Under the pieces are notes generated by a model. That model saw only the letters and a program-made list of their open reading frames with translations. It searched no databases and was not told the origin of the DNA. Shown here piece by piece: positions 13,357-25,834 of a stretch of DNA of 64,000 nucleotides (position 1 is its first letter; each line of letters opens with the position of its first letter). Both the position numbers and the translations under genes were made by a program. Source of the DNA: Perna viridis (taxonomy: Eukaryota); contig CM074515.1 of NCBI GenBank assembly GCA_037379345.1, forward strand, positions 6,138,001 to 6,202,000, read 5' to 3'.

Positions 13357-14966
13357 ATTAAAGAAAAGTGGCTTTTATGATACAGTTTATTTTTAAAGAA
13401 AAAAAAACGGTCGCGAAACTTAAGCCCAATATAATCGATGCCATGATGGGCTCTAGTATTGTAAAGTGTAATTTATCTGAATGTGTGTTTACTTTGAAGT
13501 GCCCTACTAAGGAACATATGGGCTATATTTTTTTCTATTTTCCTATCTATCCCTGATTTTGCTAGTTATCTCTCTTCTCGATTCGATAATTTTAATATTA
13601 CCTTGATTTCGGACAGGATTCATTTCAAGAATTAGGAAATGGAGCTTCTCGTATTAAGGTACAATCATAGATCATACCTATTACACGGAGCATACTTATC
13701 TGTCATCTTGCAAATTCATTCAGACATATATTTTTTCTGTTAATTGATAGTGTTTGAAATGGTGTAAAAATAATATATTAGATTATCTCAAATGATTTTT
13801 TACATAAAAATTTTAAACATTTATTTTAAAGAGCCTCTTTTAAGGGGATATAATTGGTGGGAAATTTTCTTTCAAAGGGGAGATAATTGGCGGGAAATTT
13901 TCTATTAAAATGTATAGGGTATTTCAGTTTTTTAGCGTTGCAAGTAAAAGAGTTCGATGACCCCCAGTTTTCGTTTTGAAATATGAAAGAATTCCAGTTA
14001 AGTGTTCTTTACATAAAGTTATAAAGAATTTTAAAAGGCAGGGTTCTTTTTAAGACGGTTGCAAAATATTGAAAATTCCCTCTACATTAAAATTCTAAAG
14101 TATGTTCATTCAGGGTCATCTTTGAGAAAAACTAGGAAAATTTATCTACTAGAAATATTAGGTCTCATCTATCTTAAATCAGGTAGATATATATATCAAT
14201 CAGTCATACTCTGTGTCGTTATTACCTAAGATCAGTACTACGTTGACCTTTTTGTAGCATTGTCTGGCTTTCCGTGATAGAAGAGATGACCAAGTACATA
14301 TACTAATGACCAAAAGCAATTTCTATTTCGAAGCAAACAAAAATGTTTTTACTTTTTAAAGCCGCCCGGAGAATGAGGTTCGAAAAAAAAATCTCCTGGT
14401 GCAATGATAAAGAATCGATCCTTTATTCCAATGATTTTTAGAATTGCTTTTTCAGATGGTAAAACAATATACTAGACGCAAACATATAAAAATCATCATT
14501 ATATGTTATTCGTGATCTTAATAATAATGAAAACAAATATATTCTATATGTCGTTGGTTTCATCCCCTTCTAACAGCTGCAGACAGGCCTTTCGGAGTTC
14601 TCTGTCATTATTCAAGGGAATCGTCATTTGACAATCGGATAACCAAATATTGTAAGATTCTTGCATTTTCTGAGAGGGCTGGCTGCAGCGTCTAGAGTGA
14701 ATTTCAAACATCAGACCCTGTTTCGGAGCTTGACATGATGTAAGAAGACTGTTTTCAGATATTCTTATTAAAAAAGATGTTGAATTTCCACATTATTACT
14801 ATGGTTGTATACTTATTTTAACTTCACTTTCATGAAAGCAGTAGATTTCCTTATCCACTTCCATACCCCCGGGTCTACCACGGGAATATGAGACCATATC
14901 CCCTATCAAGCTGACCAATCAAATTGAATGATTACTCCATTAGAATGTATCAAAATCACCATATCA

Positions 14967-15114
14967 AAGTAATCGAGGGAACCAAGATTCCAGCGGAAAT
15001 CAAATGAACGCAATCAAGGGACAAAAACAGGCACACTCAACAAAGGACATAAAATAACCAAAATAATCCGTACAAAGAAACAAAAGTAAATGAGCAACTC
15101 GAACCCACTAAAAC
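14967..15114 (-). mobile_element. Naiad-like Penelope-like element, 3' end fragment
   Basis: Matches the 3' terminus of the copies at 19184, 43799 and 49145 (GTAATC.AGGGAACCAAG..GAGCAACTCG..CCACTAAAA). Confidence 0.75.
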
Positions 15115-17478
15115 ATCTATTTTACGGCAAGGTGGATGTACTAATTTTACAATTTGTCGAAATTGTGACGTCATACCTAAAACAAAAGCCAATTCTATTT
15201 TCACCTCCATAATATGGGTAATTCCATATTTTATATGCGTTTCAGTGTTCACTTAATATATTAACTTTCCTCTAAAAGTACATAAAATTATTGTTTTCGA
15301 TATACCCGCCTCTGTTTTAAAAAAAAAACATTTTAAGTTCAAGGTAAAACAAACTGAAGAGATAATGACTGTTTACCAATACAAATTACCCCTATATTGA
15401 ACCGGAAAAAGGCGGCAACAAAGTATCAACTGCTTGAAATAACCGCGTTATTTCAAATTTATTGCAGTTTTTGCAGCTGATGTTAAAATGTTGCACTGGT
15501 ATCGCTCTAAAAGTACTTAGAAACGGAAAGTTAAATTCCTTCCGTCACGAAAAAGCTTTGTTTTGTATAGATTTAATGTGAAACGTGAATCTTTTCATTT
15601 ACATAAATGTAAAATGACACAACAAATTACAGGGTAGAAAAATCCACATGAGTTATTTGGAGAACGATTTAATTCCTTATAACCACATTTTGGTGTTTCA
15701 ATCGAAACTGATAAATCTGATTAATCAAAATTCAGGTTAGTTCCTACTTAATGCTTTGGTACATACGAAAGCCAACTGAGCTACCAAATATTTTTTAAGC
15801 AGAGGCATACAAATTAGCTGCTCCCGATTATATAGCGATCACCACGAAGTTTTGATATAAAAAAATGGCGCCCTGCTTGATTCAAAATGCTGTCACTTTC
15901 AAGGAGACGTTTATTCATGACTAAAATGGCAGCGAAGAAACTGAAAGACATTTGAAAAAAAAACTCGGTCTCCATTGATTTCTGAACACGTTTTTTTAAC
16001 TGTGTTTTCATAATACATTTATATATATAATATTTCGCGTTTTTTTCGCGAAAGTTTCGCGTTATTGCGCGAAAGTTTCGAGTTAATATTTTTTTAATCT
16101 ACGACTTTGTACACACTGGTTCATCATAGTGGTAAAAACTTTTTAATTTATAGTACCACAAGGGCAATGCTATCTCGGAGTTACTTCTAAAATTTACAAA
16201 ATGTAATACCATGGTTCTTATAGTTTTAATGAAATTATCATACAAACACTTCCTACAAAATACAACTTGGGGCGTAAATACAATTATGCGACATTAGTTT
16301 TTAATTTGTGAAAAATCAAGATTTCATGCAAGAAAAATATTTTTCGTCTATTTCAGATGGTAAGGCGTACGCCGGGTTCGCTACAAAGAATACTTCAACC
16401 ATAGTATCAAATAACTAAAAAGACGAACACCGCTGACCTGGTGGAAGCAGTCAGTGTATTTTGCTTGTTTATCAGCGAACAGTATGTGAATAATCAGTAT
16501 TTGCTGCCTGTTGTTCACGGTGAGTGTTTTACAGACAATCAAATGTTACGGCTCAAATATAATAACATAGAAAACAGACACAAACGAGAGCTTAACAACA
16601 ACGGATTTCTGTAACTAGTATAATGTCGTATCTCTGTACTACATCTTTGACCGTTTAAATATTTGTTCAAAAAGGTTCTCAGTATAAATAAAGATATCTC
16701 TGATCAAATGTTTTAAGTTTGTCCTTGGGACAGACTTTCTCTTTGGTCTACATGTTGTGCAATGAGATCTTTTGATTTAAAATAATCTTAAATAAATAAT
16801 TTGGCAAACTATTTCCTTGTTTTTATTCCAAACTCAAACCAGTTTGTCGTAAAATAAAAACATATAAATGAAGTAATACGAATTAATAGAAAGTCATCCA
16901 TAGTCTTAAAACCTGTTCGAAACCGACTCAACAATGCATTGTGTGTGAGCTGTTGATTTCTTGAGTGTTCGGAATAGATAAAAACTTACAATGTGACAAG
17001 TGAGGTATATAGAATCTTATGATACACTCGAAACGATTATTTTCCTTGATTACAACGCAAGGCTCATGGAGCATTTTAAAAATGAAAGATAACTATTTTT
17101 TCTTTACTAACTCGTACCTTTTTGCGTAACGTTATAAAACAAGTTTGACATGCTGAGATTAAGTATTATCGATATACTTGTTTTCCACTGAGTACAACAC
17201 GCGGAAAGTAGAATTTATCACACAAGTCCATAAAAGTGCGCAAAAAAAAAGAAAACAAAAACAAAAATGTAATAAACAATACAACAATCAATAAACAAAA
17301 GCGTCGGGAGGAGTTGCTGGTCGCTCTCGTTCCGGGTTTACTTTCAGCTTACTTAAGGTTATACTTTGGTGCACCATACTTGTTCTTTTTTTAAATGTAA
17401 TGTAGTGTTACGTTAATAGGAAGCATACACACTTTTATTTCTCTACGTGCATATTGAACATTTTGAATCTGCATTTAT

Positions 17479-17723
17479 CAGGGGCGGATTCAGGATTTTA
17501 AATTGGGAGGGGGACGCACAGTTCAATTTTTTTAGGTTAAATTTTTGAAATATTCTTCTAGAGTGGGTCCAATGTAGATATATCTTTTGTGGTAAAATTA
17601 ACGAGAAATTAAAGTTTCAACCTAAAACTAAAACCACCTAAATCTACCCCTGACAACCCATGCTTTGCAAATTTAAGGGGTGGGGGCGCACGCCCACCAC
17701 GATCCCGCCTGAATCCGCCCCTG
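17479..17723. mobile_element. hAT-related MITE with 16-bp TIRs and 5-bp TSD
   Basis: CAGGGGCGGATTCAGG (17479-17494) / CCTGAATCCGCCCCTG (17708-17723), flanked by TTTAT on both sides; extra internal TIR-like CCTAAATCTACCCCTG ~17637-17652. Confidence 0.85.
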
Positions 17724-19183
17724 TTTATGAAGTAAAAGGTAAATATATTTCGTTTCAAAACCTTAAAATGTACATACATAATTGAAGAATTTCCTCCTGA
17801 TGTTTGTAGGTGAACAGAAATCTCGTTTCCTGACACATTTATCTAAGCTTCAACACAAGTGGAACGCATGCATATTTTTATAAATGGGTGCTAGCGTGTG
17901 AAAATTAAGATACGAAATGTCTAGATGCCTGCACGTATTTCTAATGTTGGTTAATGGATTAATTTCAACAATACTGGCTCCAGAATATTTTTAATTTTGA
18001 GTTTTTGAAGAGCCGATGAATTTCGATGAGGTTGATTTTTAAGAAATACAATACTCTCACACAAAGTGATCATTCAACATCAAGAAATGGTGAAAGAAAC
18101 TAACTTTTCTCAAAAAGTACTTTTATTCTAAACACAATAAATAGCATTTATCAAAGTCAAGCATCAAATTAGAACTTCAAATGATTTTTAAAGCAATGCT
18201 CTATTGTAAAAACTTATCAGCTGTGTCGGTGTAGTTAATGGATAATTGTCACCATAATCTCTATATTGTGTGGTGTAACATTTGAAGATGGCCATTGAAA
18301 CCAAACAGATTATTTTACTTGTGTCTAAATTTAATGGATCACTGGGGATTTTTCTTGATCATTCATACCTTGCAACAATATCAACACCCGTGTTACAATT
18401 TTACAGCTTTTGTAAAGAGCTGACAGGTGAGCAGATAATTAAAACATCACTTGATCCTACCTTTCCTATAAACAATGATGTCTGTTCAGAACAGTTGTAC
18501 CTTTCAAATGACAGTCGTCTTCCATTGTCGTCCACTTCAATGATGATCAAGATAAAGATGATAATCCATAGCAATAGTACAATTAACAGGAAAGGGATCA
18601 AGACCGAAAACTTTACTAAAACCTAAACTCAATTCAGGCAACAGTTGATGATAGTTTTATACATCTGAAACACACAGCCAGAGAAGAAACAATTATAAAG
18701 TGCGGACAAATAACAGTCAATACAATGGTACTTCAATTTGTGATAAATACTAGAGCAGTCACGATATGTATATTTTTTTAGGCACCGTCCACATGGGGAT
18801 AGGTCTTTGACCAGATACAAACCGATCGAAAGCAGGGTTCTTTGTTACCAGCTTTTATGTAATTATGTACGTACATCGTGCTTCAGCTTTGTGTTAACAG
18901 TGCTTAAACTTATTGTTATTGACATCACCATGGAAATCGGTAAAAGAACAATGAGAAAATCATTTCAAAGGGAGAGAGGGCTTACATAGCCTTTACCTGC
19001 TGCCTAATCCTTTTCAATTTGTGTTGAATAAAATATGGTTTAGACTAATTAAACTAAACTTATCATTACATTTAATGTTTTTCCTCTTTTTCAGTTCTAT
19101 TAAGACACGATTTCTAAAAGGAGAAGGGGCGATAAAGGGTCTCATTGGCCTAAATTCAACTGAAAATTAATTATGCAGTGTTG

Positions 19184-19599
19184 AAGAGCAACCAAGGGAA
19201 CCAAGATTATAGCGGTAATCAAAAGAATGCAATCCAGGGACAAAGACCAGACATGGAAAACAGACACAGACAACAAAGGACATACAGTAACTAAAATCAT
19301 ACATACAAAGTAACAAAAGTAAATGAGCAACTCGGACTCCACTAAAAACTGGGAGCATGGACCAGGTGCACCGGTAGGGTAAGCGTCCTCTGCTTTTCTA
19401 GAACCACCCGCCGAGTTGCTCATAAAAAGTCATGTCCGGGGAAGACAAACGAGAAAAGGAAAACTATGACCCGTTGAATACATCAGTTTTAATGGTGCTG
19501 ATGGATACATCATAACGATCCACAAGTTCATGATGACGACCATAAAACTTCTGTAGTGATGACTTCAATCTTGTAGCAACATAACCCTATTCCAGAAGC
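19184..19599 (-). mobile_element. Naiad-like Penelope-like element, 5'-truncated (RT C-terminus plus 3' UTR)
   Basis: Encodes GYVATRLKSSLQKFYGRHHELVDRY; near-identical to 49145-49540. Confidence 0.88.
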
Positions 19600-20614
19600 A
19601 ATAATAAGAATGATTTAATTGTGAATTGGAGACTTGAATCCATCACAAATGAGAAAACGTAAAGTTACTGGCCATTTTGAGAGCGAGGGGAAAGGGCGTG
19701 TGGGGTTGGAATTTGGGGGGGGGATGTTGAAGTTATTCATTTATTGATTAAGTAACAAGACAGATTTTCAAATAGAAATATTGATTTTGCTTGCTGCTTA
19801 AATATAAATAAAACTTGCACTTGCGAAGCAAAAAATTTCACCTGGGTTGACACCCACCCCCTTCTTTGTAATGTCCTTTTTACGAGTCTCGCGCAGACGG
19901 TACATGTGTGGTAAAGCTCACGGTGCTCGCTGATTTAGGCAATGACTACCCCATATTATTTTTCCTGATATTTATATATTCTACTATGTTATGAACAACT
20001 TGTATGTTATTTTTTGTTAAGCTTCTAAATCAAATCATACAAAAATATGCATGACCAGCTTTATATTATTTGAATTGTCTTGATAAAGAAAAGTTTTAGC
20101 TATTCTGTATGCTGGTATAGATTCATACCGTTTGGTCAAACCTTAGTTACTGTGTAATGGTAGTAACAGTCAGTGCATACTTTTAAATGGACCAAAAATG
20201 AGAATCGGTGTAATTACAAAGCAGAATAATAGCTATTGAATCAAAATAATCTTTACACATCAAAGGCAGATAACTGACCTTTTCGATCTCTTCTTGAGTT
20301 ATGGTTGGTTAAGGACAAAGAATATTTCATGCGCTTCACACATAAAGCATCTCCTTTATCGGGTCGTAATAAATGGAGCACAAAATGAGCTGACAGATCA
20401 TCACCATGATAGCCGTCACTGATTTGTTGCTTTTAAATTCTCCTTTGAAATCATTTACACTTTCTTTTGTTTTCAAATAGAAATTGAAACTACCGTCTTT
20501 TTTTACTGAAATTTTATAGTCGTATGTTTCTTTCCATCACACAACTTCTGAAATTTGATGAGGCGGGTTATAAAAGAAACATGAAAATTAATGACAAACA
20601 AATGGTTAGTCGAA

Positions 20615-20930
20615 AAAGACCCATGGGTCTTCAATGAACGACGAGGAAACCCTCAAAACTGGTCCCAAAACAACATTATACACAAGCACAGCAAAATAGT
20701 TGCCTTTATATACTCCAGCAACAATAAAGTAAACTGGAAATAAAAACAAAACAAGACATACAGAGATCAGAAATTCCTGACTTAGGAAAAACGCAAAAAT
20801 GTGATGGAGTTAAAGTACTTTAGTGTGATCACAAGCCTTCCCTTTTTATAACTGGCCAATGTGGAAAAATATTACACATATAAACATACTACTACTAAGT
20901 TTAAAGAGGTCGGAATCCTTTGTTAAAACA
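20615..20930 (-). mobile_element. Interspersed repeat (twister-bearing family), decayed copy
   Basis: Reverse-complement alignment to 23110-23430 (shared TTCAATGAACGACGAGGAAACCCTCA, CAGAAATTCCTG, GTTAAAGTACTTT, GTGATCACAA). Confidence 0.85.
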
Positions 20931-23019
20931 TAAATTAAAAAAAAATATTATACGTTACCCACATGCACGAACGAAGGACGACTAGCAGATTCCAGTTCAC
21001 TAAGCTTGGAGCAAGTGCGAAGAAAGATAACCCTAATTCATTATATTGCATGCTTTTGTGTTTAGGTCTCAGTATCGTATTAATTTTCCCACAGACTTCT
21101 ATAGTGAAGTGCATATTTTTAGGATTTTTAAAAAAATATGTAATTTGATTCAATAAAACTTTCACTTATGTAGCATTTCTAAGGACATGTGAAAAATAAT
21201 TTTCCGCAAAGAAAATAGGGTGAGTCCACCAAGATCGGACAGAAAAGTAGCCTTGAACTATAAATAGCCATTTTCCGTACTTTCACTTTCGTTTTGCACT
21301 CATCAAACCAACCTTTTCAGTGGAACATTTTTATGTTATTATGATAGATTTTCTTTTTAAATAGTTCTTCATCTTACAGTGTGATGTTTGCTCTATTTTA
21401 TAAGTCATTGTTCATATCTTTTGACAAAACATTAGTTTGTAGAGAGGCAAAAAGAAAATGCACTATATTTTTCTAGCATCCATGTTTTGACGTACACCCG
21501 CTCAGGGATATGCAATACGATACTGGTACCTTAAGAGTTTATTATATAGTGCTAAAATGGTCCACGATACATGACTCGATTTCCTAGCTGGGATATTACA
21601 ACACATATTTTGTATTATATTGATATTATAACACATATTTTATATTGGCATTGATATTAATTGTACCTGTACTTTTTTATGTATGTATGTATATACGTTT
21701 CTTTGTTAATTGATGATAGATCAAGGTTTAGTCTTTATTTCAATAAAACTTACTTACTTAGTAAATATTTAAGCATTTTGGTCGCTAATATTGTTAGTGA
21801 CGTCTTGCACTGGTAATAACAGTACTGTGCATTAGTTTATGATTTGCATTATTGTATATTACTACACCACCTTAATCAGCAGATCGGTGCAGAAGAATCG
21901 TCAATTCTAGCTTCATCCAAGATCAAAATGTACCCCTTAAATACCATTCGTTTACATGTGTTCTATGTGTGTTTGTTTGTACTTGTTTTAGAGAGGGAAG
22001 TTTGCATTAAAAGATGACAAAGAACGGTTAGCATAGAACTTTCTGTTATATAGCTGTCCGAGTTGTTTTGATTGAGAAACTTCGGGTCATCACGGTTACG
22101 AAGTAACCCAATTTTAAATAGAGCATATCGTAATTTTGTTTGAGTTCGTACCATTTCGGACCCACTCGAAGTTAACCCGATTGACGAACTGTTGCGTTAC
22201 ACAACAAAGTTCAAAATTCAAAGTTTAATAGTAAAGTCGGTACATATAAAACATTACAACACAAACTTTAAAACGTTCTAAAATGTCAAGTATATTTTCG
22301 AAAAGGAATACACTTATTTTGCTAGTTAAATGTACAATGTCAAAAGATGTGAAATAGAAAAGAACATGAACGTATATTATCAATCGACCTAAAATCTTCA
22401 AATTTCAGCTCACTAAAATTTGTGATTTTTTTTAAATTTTGAACCAAATCCATACATATATCTACGCCAGGGTTTATGGTGAAAATGAGAAAATCACTGA
22501 TTGATTTGGAGTTAAGTTTAGTAGAGCATTGAATACGCATGGATGTTGCAAGCAAGCAAAAAATCAGTGGCATAGAATATTTGACGATTATCGACATTGA
22601 AGACTTCAGTCTTTGATTTATTTATCTCAAACTAAATTACATTTAAAAATAGAAGAACGTTATGAAGCCATCCTACCATCACCATCAATAATCATGATTT
22701 TTTACCGATTTGAATGTAATCATTTTTTCGCGATATAAGCTGGTTCTCGGCTGATTACTACATTACACTACATAGACTACAAGCGAGCAGTTTAATCGAG
22801 AAAGACTGGTTCCGATTGGTGAATAGAATACTCTAGGCAAACACGGAAACAGATACGTTCTTTTTATGGGTTAAAGTAGAGTAAATATTCATGATCTAGC
22901 CTAAAGGTAAAAAACGTAAACTTTTAATTTAAAACGTAAAAACCCATTTACTATGTATCATTCCGCTAGCGTACTGTACTTATTTACACACGATGGGGAC
23001 ATAACTCTTTGTATGTCTA

Positions 23020-23505
23020 AATTGGTCTTGAGCTGGCATGTCAGTTAACTGCTAGTAGTCCTTAGTTTGTACATTTGTGTAATTTATATTCAATTTCTTT
23101 ATTTCCGTTGTAACAAGGGACTTTGACCTTTCTGAACTGATTTTTAGGTGTGTTTAATTGTGTAATATTTGTTTCCACTGTGACCAGATTTTAAAAAGGG
23201 GAGGTTTGTGATCACGCCAAAGTACTTTAACCCCTCCGCATTTTTGCGCCTGTCCCAAGACAGGAATTTCTGGTCTTCGTATTCTTGTTTCGTTTTCACC
23301 TTTATTATTTTTTATGTTACTTGAGTATATAGTGGCAACTCTTTCGCTGTACTTGTGTATACTGATGGGGCCAGCGGCAGCCTGTCCTGTGGTATGAGGG
23401 TTTCCTCGTCGTTCATTGAACACCAATTTGTGGACTTGGGTTGACATTTTCATCCCGGTGGTGTTGTCTCTTTGACATATATACCATACCTTTTCTCGTT
23501 ATATC
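23020..23505 (+). mobile_element. Interspersed non-coding repeat (putative non-autonomous retroelement or solo pseudo-LTR) carrying a twister-like motif
   Basis: Second copy at 20615-20930; 3' end copies at 40555-40627 and 61071-61104; no ORF of note and no poly-A. Confidence 0.75.
23182..23275 (+). ncRNA. Candidate circularly permuted (P5-type) twister ribozyme
   Basis: P5 GACCAGA/TCTGGTC; P2 GGG/CCC; GAGG strand; U^AA cleavage motif 23228-23230; P3 CGCA-TTTT-TGCG; P4 CCT/AGG; L4 GTCCCAAGAC; T2 TC/GA. Confidence 0.65.
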
Positions 23506-23532
23506 ATTTGTTTAAAGGGGCGGGGTTCAGTA

Positions 23533-23597
23533 TTTAGGTTACAGACCACCAATTCAACCAATGAGCATTTGGAACGTACGCAAAAATAGTCCTACGC
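23533..23597 (+). repeat. Short dispersed repeat (second copy 56856-56917)
   Basis: TTTAGGTTACAGACCACCAATT..TTTGGAAC.TACGCAAAAA.AGTCCTACGC present at both sites. Confidence 0.75.
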
Positions 23598-25478
23598 AGA
23601 AATTACCCCTGTTCCTCATAGTGCTGTGAAAAAAGTTCTCATCTTATTTAAAAAATTCAAACAGTTTCTGAAAGGAAAAACATTTCTGTACATTTTATAG
23701 GTGCATTTTGCTTCTTGTGATGTGAAGCCTAATCTCCATAATGATTTTTAAATATACCCCTATCTTGTGAAAACACTGGGATTTCCCATGCTATTTATAG
23801 ACCCTTCACTTCCGGTGACCAGTACTGCACTGCAAGTCTGCTAACCCCACATGCCATTCTGAGGATTGTGAGCTGACATATGTAGAATCATGCTGATATA
23901 TAGTCATCTGCAGGTTAAAGTTAAGGTAAAGTCCAGAGAAGCCATTGAATATTGTGAAATTAGCATAGAAGCCTATGGGAAGTGGAATTAGTGGTTTTTA
24001 GCCTTTAGTGTGGCAGAGGGATATACCTTCTGTGTAGGAACACGAATATAAATCACTGATCACAAGATTTAAAATTTATGTTGAAAATAGCACTAAATTA
24101 TTGTGAAAATCGATATGATAAATAGGGTAATCGGTTTTCGTGAATAACAAAATATAATTACTAGTGCCAAGAACGCTTGGAGATTTAACTTGCATGTGGA
24201 ACAAATACCACTCACTCGTGAAATCCATGCGTTTTCCCGGGCATTCCTGGTCATGTTTTGGTTATTTTTTCTTTCCAATAAATTATCCCATTACTATTGA
24301 AAATTATTTCTTTCCATATCTTTTTTAACAACAGATCACTATATAATCACTATATTTGTTTCACCATTTTTCCAATCTCTTTACTACTTTTACTGGTTCT
24401 AAAGTTACTAAAGGAACCCAATGGATGCAATGATATGGAAACCCTCTGCCTCATTCTTAGATGAGCTTATACTTACAGGATTTAACTTTTCACAGTAGAC
24501 CTTTTCATCTAGTTTCTGATAATATTGTAACATGATATTGTGGCCCCTACACTGGTACAATGTGGGATATTTCACTCCCCTATAACAAAAATTTTTGAGA
24601 TAGTAAATTAAGGTCGACTATCATAGCAGTTCGTAGCGAGTTTTAGATTTGCATTATAATCCGAAGTATTTCTTCGCGGCATTTTTCTATTGGCAACTAA
24701 TTTTTTATGCCTAGAGAATACTTCGTGTTGACAAATATAAGATTCTACACCATATCATACATTTAAATCAGCCAGTAACCATGGAAACCAGTGTGTATGC
24801 AAGCATTTAAAAGTCACGCGGTTTTGAGTTGAATCTTTGTATGAAGAAGTTGCAATGTTTAGTTATATTTCAGCTTTTGGACTAACTTACTTACTTTCTT
24901 ATCCTTATTACAGTATACAGTTTGAAATGTGAAAATACATGTAAAAAATAACCTGTACTACTTCTATTACTACTACTCGAATTACATTTACAATATATTA
25001 ACTCAAAATCCTTGAAGTTCGCATTCAAATAACCATGCATGTGCCGAGTTATATTTGCAATGCCAAAGTTTTTACACCTTTGCTTAATCGGTGCTTAATC
25101 CTGCGTCTCTATGCAAATTGGTACAGTGCACTGGAAACAGCTTTGCATATATAATGAGTGTTCATGCCTTGTGAAAGTGGATATCAATAAGCTTGCAAAG
25201 TGATACATAGTAAATTAATAGGTGATTGGGCATTTGTCACGCCTTGTTAAAAGGCTTGATTGATAATGAACGTCTACTAACGTCTAAATAGAATAAATCA
25301 GGATCGTTCATAGAAGATTGATTCATTTGAATGAATAGCATTCAAACCCCCTCTATAAAAGATGACGCCATTTATTACCCAAAATACACAAGAACCCCAA
25401 CAAACAACGCTTAATAGTCGTATCAACAAATCCAAATCACTATCATCTATTCTAACAGATGCCACTTGAAAAGTTTTG

Positions 25479-25818
25479 TGTCGACTATGGCATGGTATCG
25501 GTTACAAACAAATAATATTTTTCATTTGAATGTATTATTTCTATTCAGTTTGTATAACTTTGTATTGGAATGCAATATTTTTTTTCATTCAATAGTTTTT
25601 TTTTTATCATTTGAATGACATCTTGGGGTCATACAAGTATCGCATAGATAAAATAAAACAGTCGAATATAACTATCGCATTTAAACGAAAAATCACACCA
25701 ATTAAATGACAAAATATTGCATTGAAATGAAAAAAAAAACAATTGGATTGAAAATATATAACTACATTTAAACGAAAATTATTGAATCTTTGCAAACATT
25801 AAAATGCCATAGTCGACA
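25479..25818. mobile_element. Inverted-repeat-bounded MITE-like element
   Basis: TGTCGACTATGGCAT (25479-25493) / ATGCCATAGTCGACA (25804-25818); internal TTTTCATT.AATG / CATT.AA.GAAAA motifs in mirrored orientation; 28-bp tandem duplication 25807-25862. Confidence 0.55.
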
Positions 25819-25834
25819 TTATAAACTCGTTGAT

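Noticed and set aside
16720-16736. Twister L4-like GTCCCAAG (minus strand); also TCCCAAGTCAGG inside the MITE TIR at ~35940
   Set aside because: No UAA/P2, P3 or GAGGG partner; these are short chance matches.
18282-18989. Cluster of short ORFs on both strands
   Set aside because: No recognisable motifs or consistent splice structure.
19323-19423. SECIS element / selenoprotein-type Naiad
   Set aside because: The AUGA pairs Watson-Crick with UCAU rather than forming a GA quartet, and no in-frame UGA is seen in the longest RT segment.
19142-19423. Recurrent hydrophobic small ORFs (MSNSAG.. / MLPVFSG.., also at 33.4, 41.2, 43.7 and 49.1 kb)
   Set aside because: They are translations of the T-rich Naiad 3' UTR, open in more than one frame and with variable ends.
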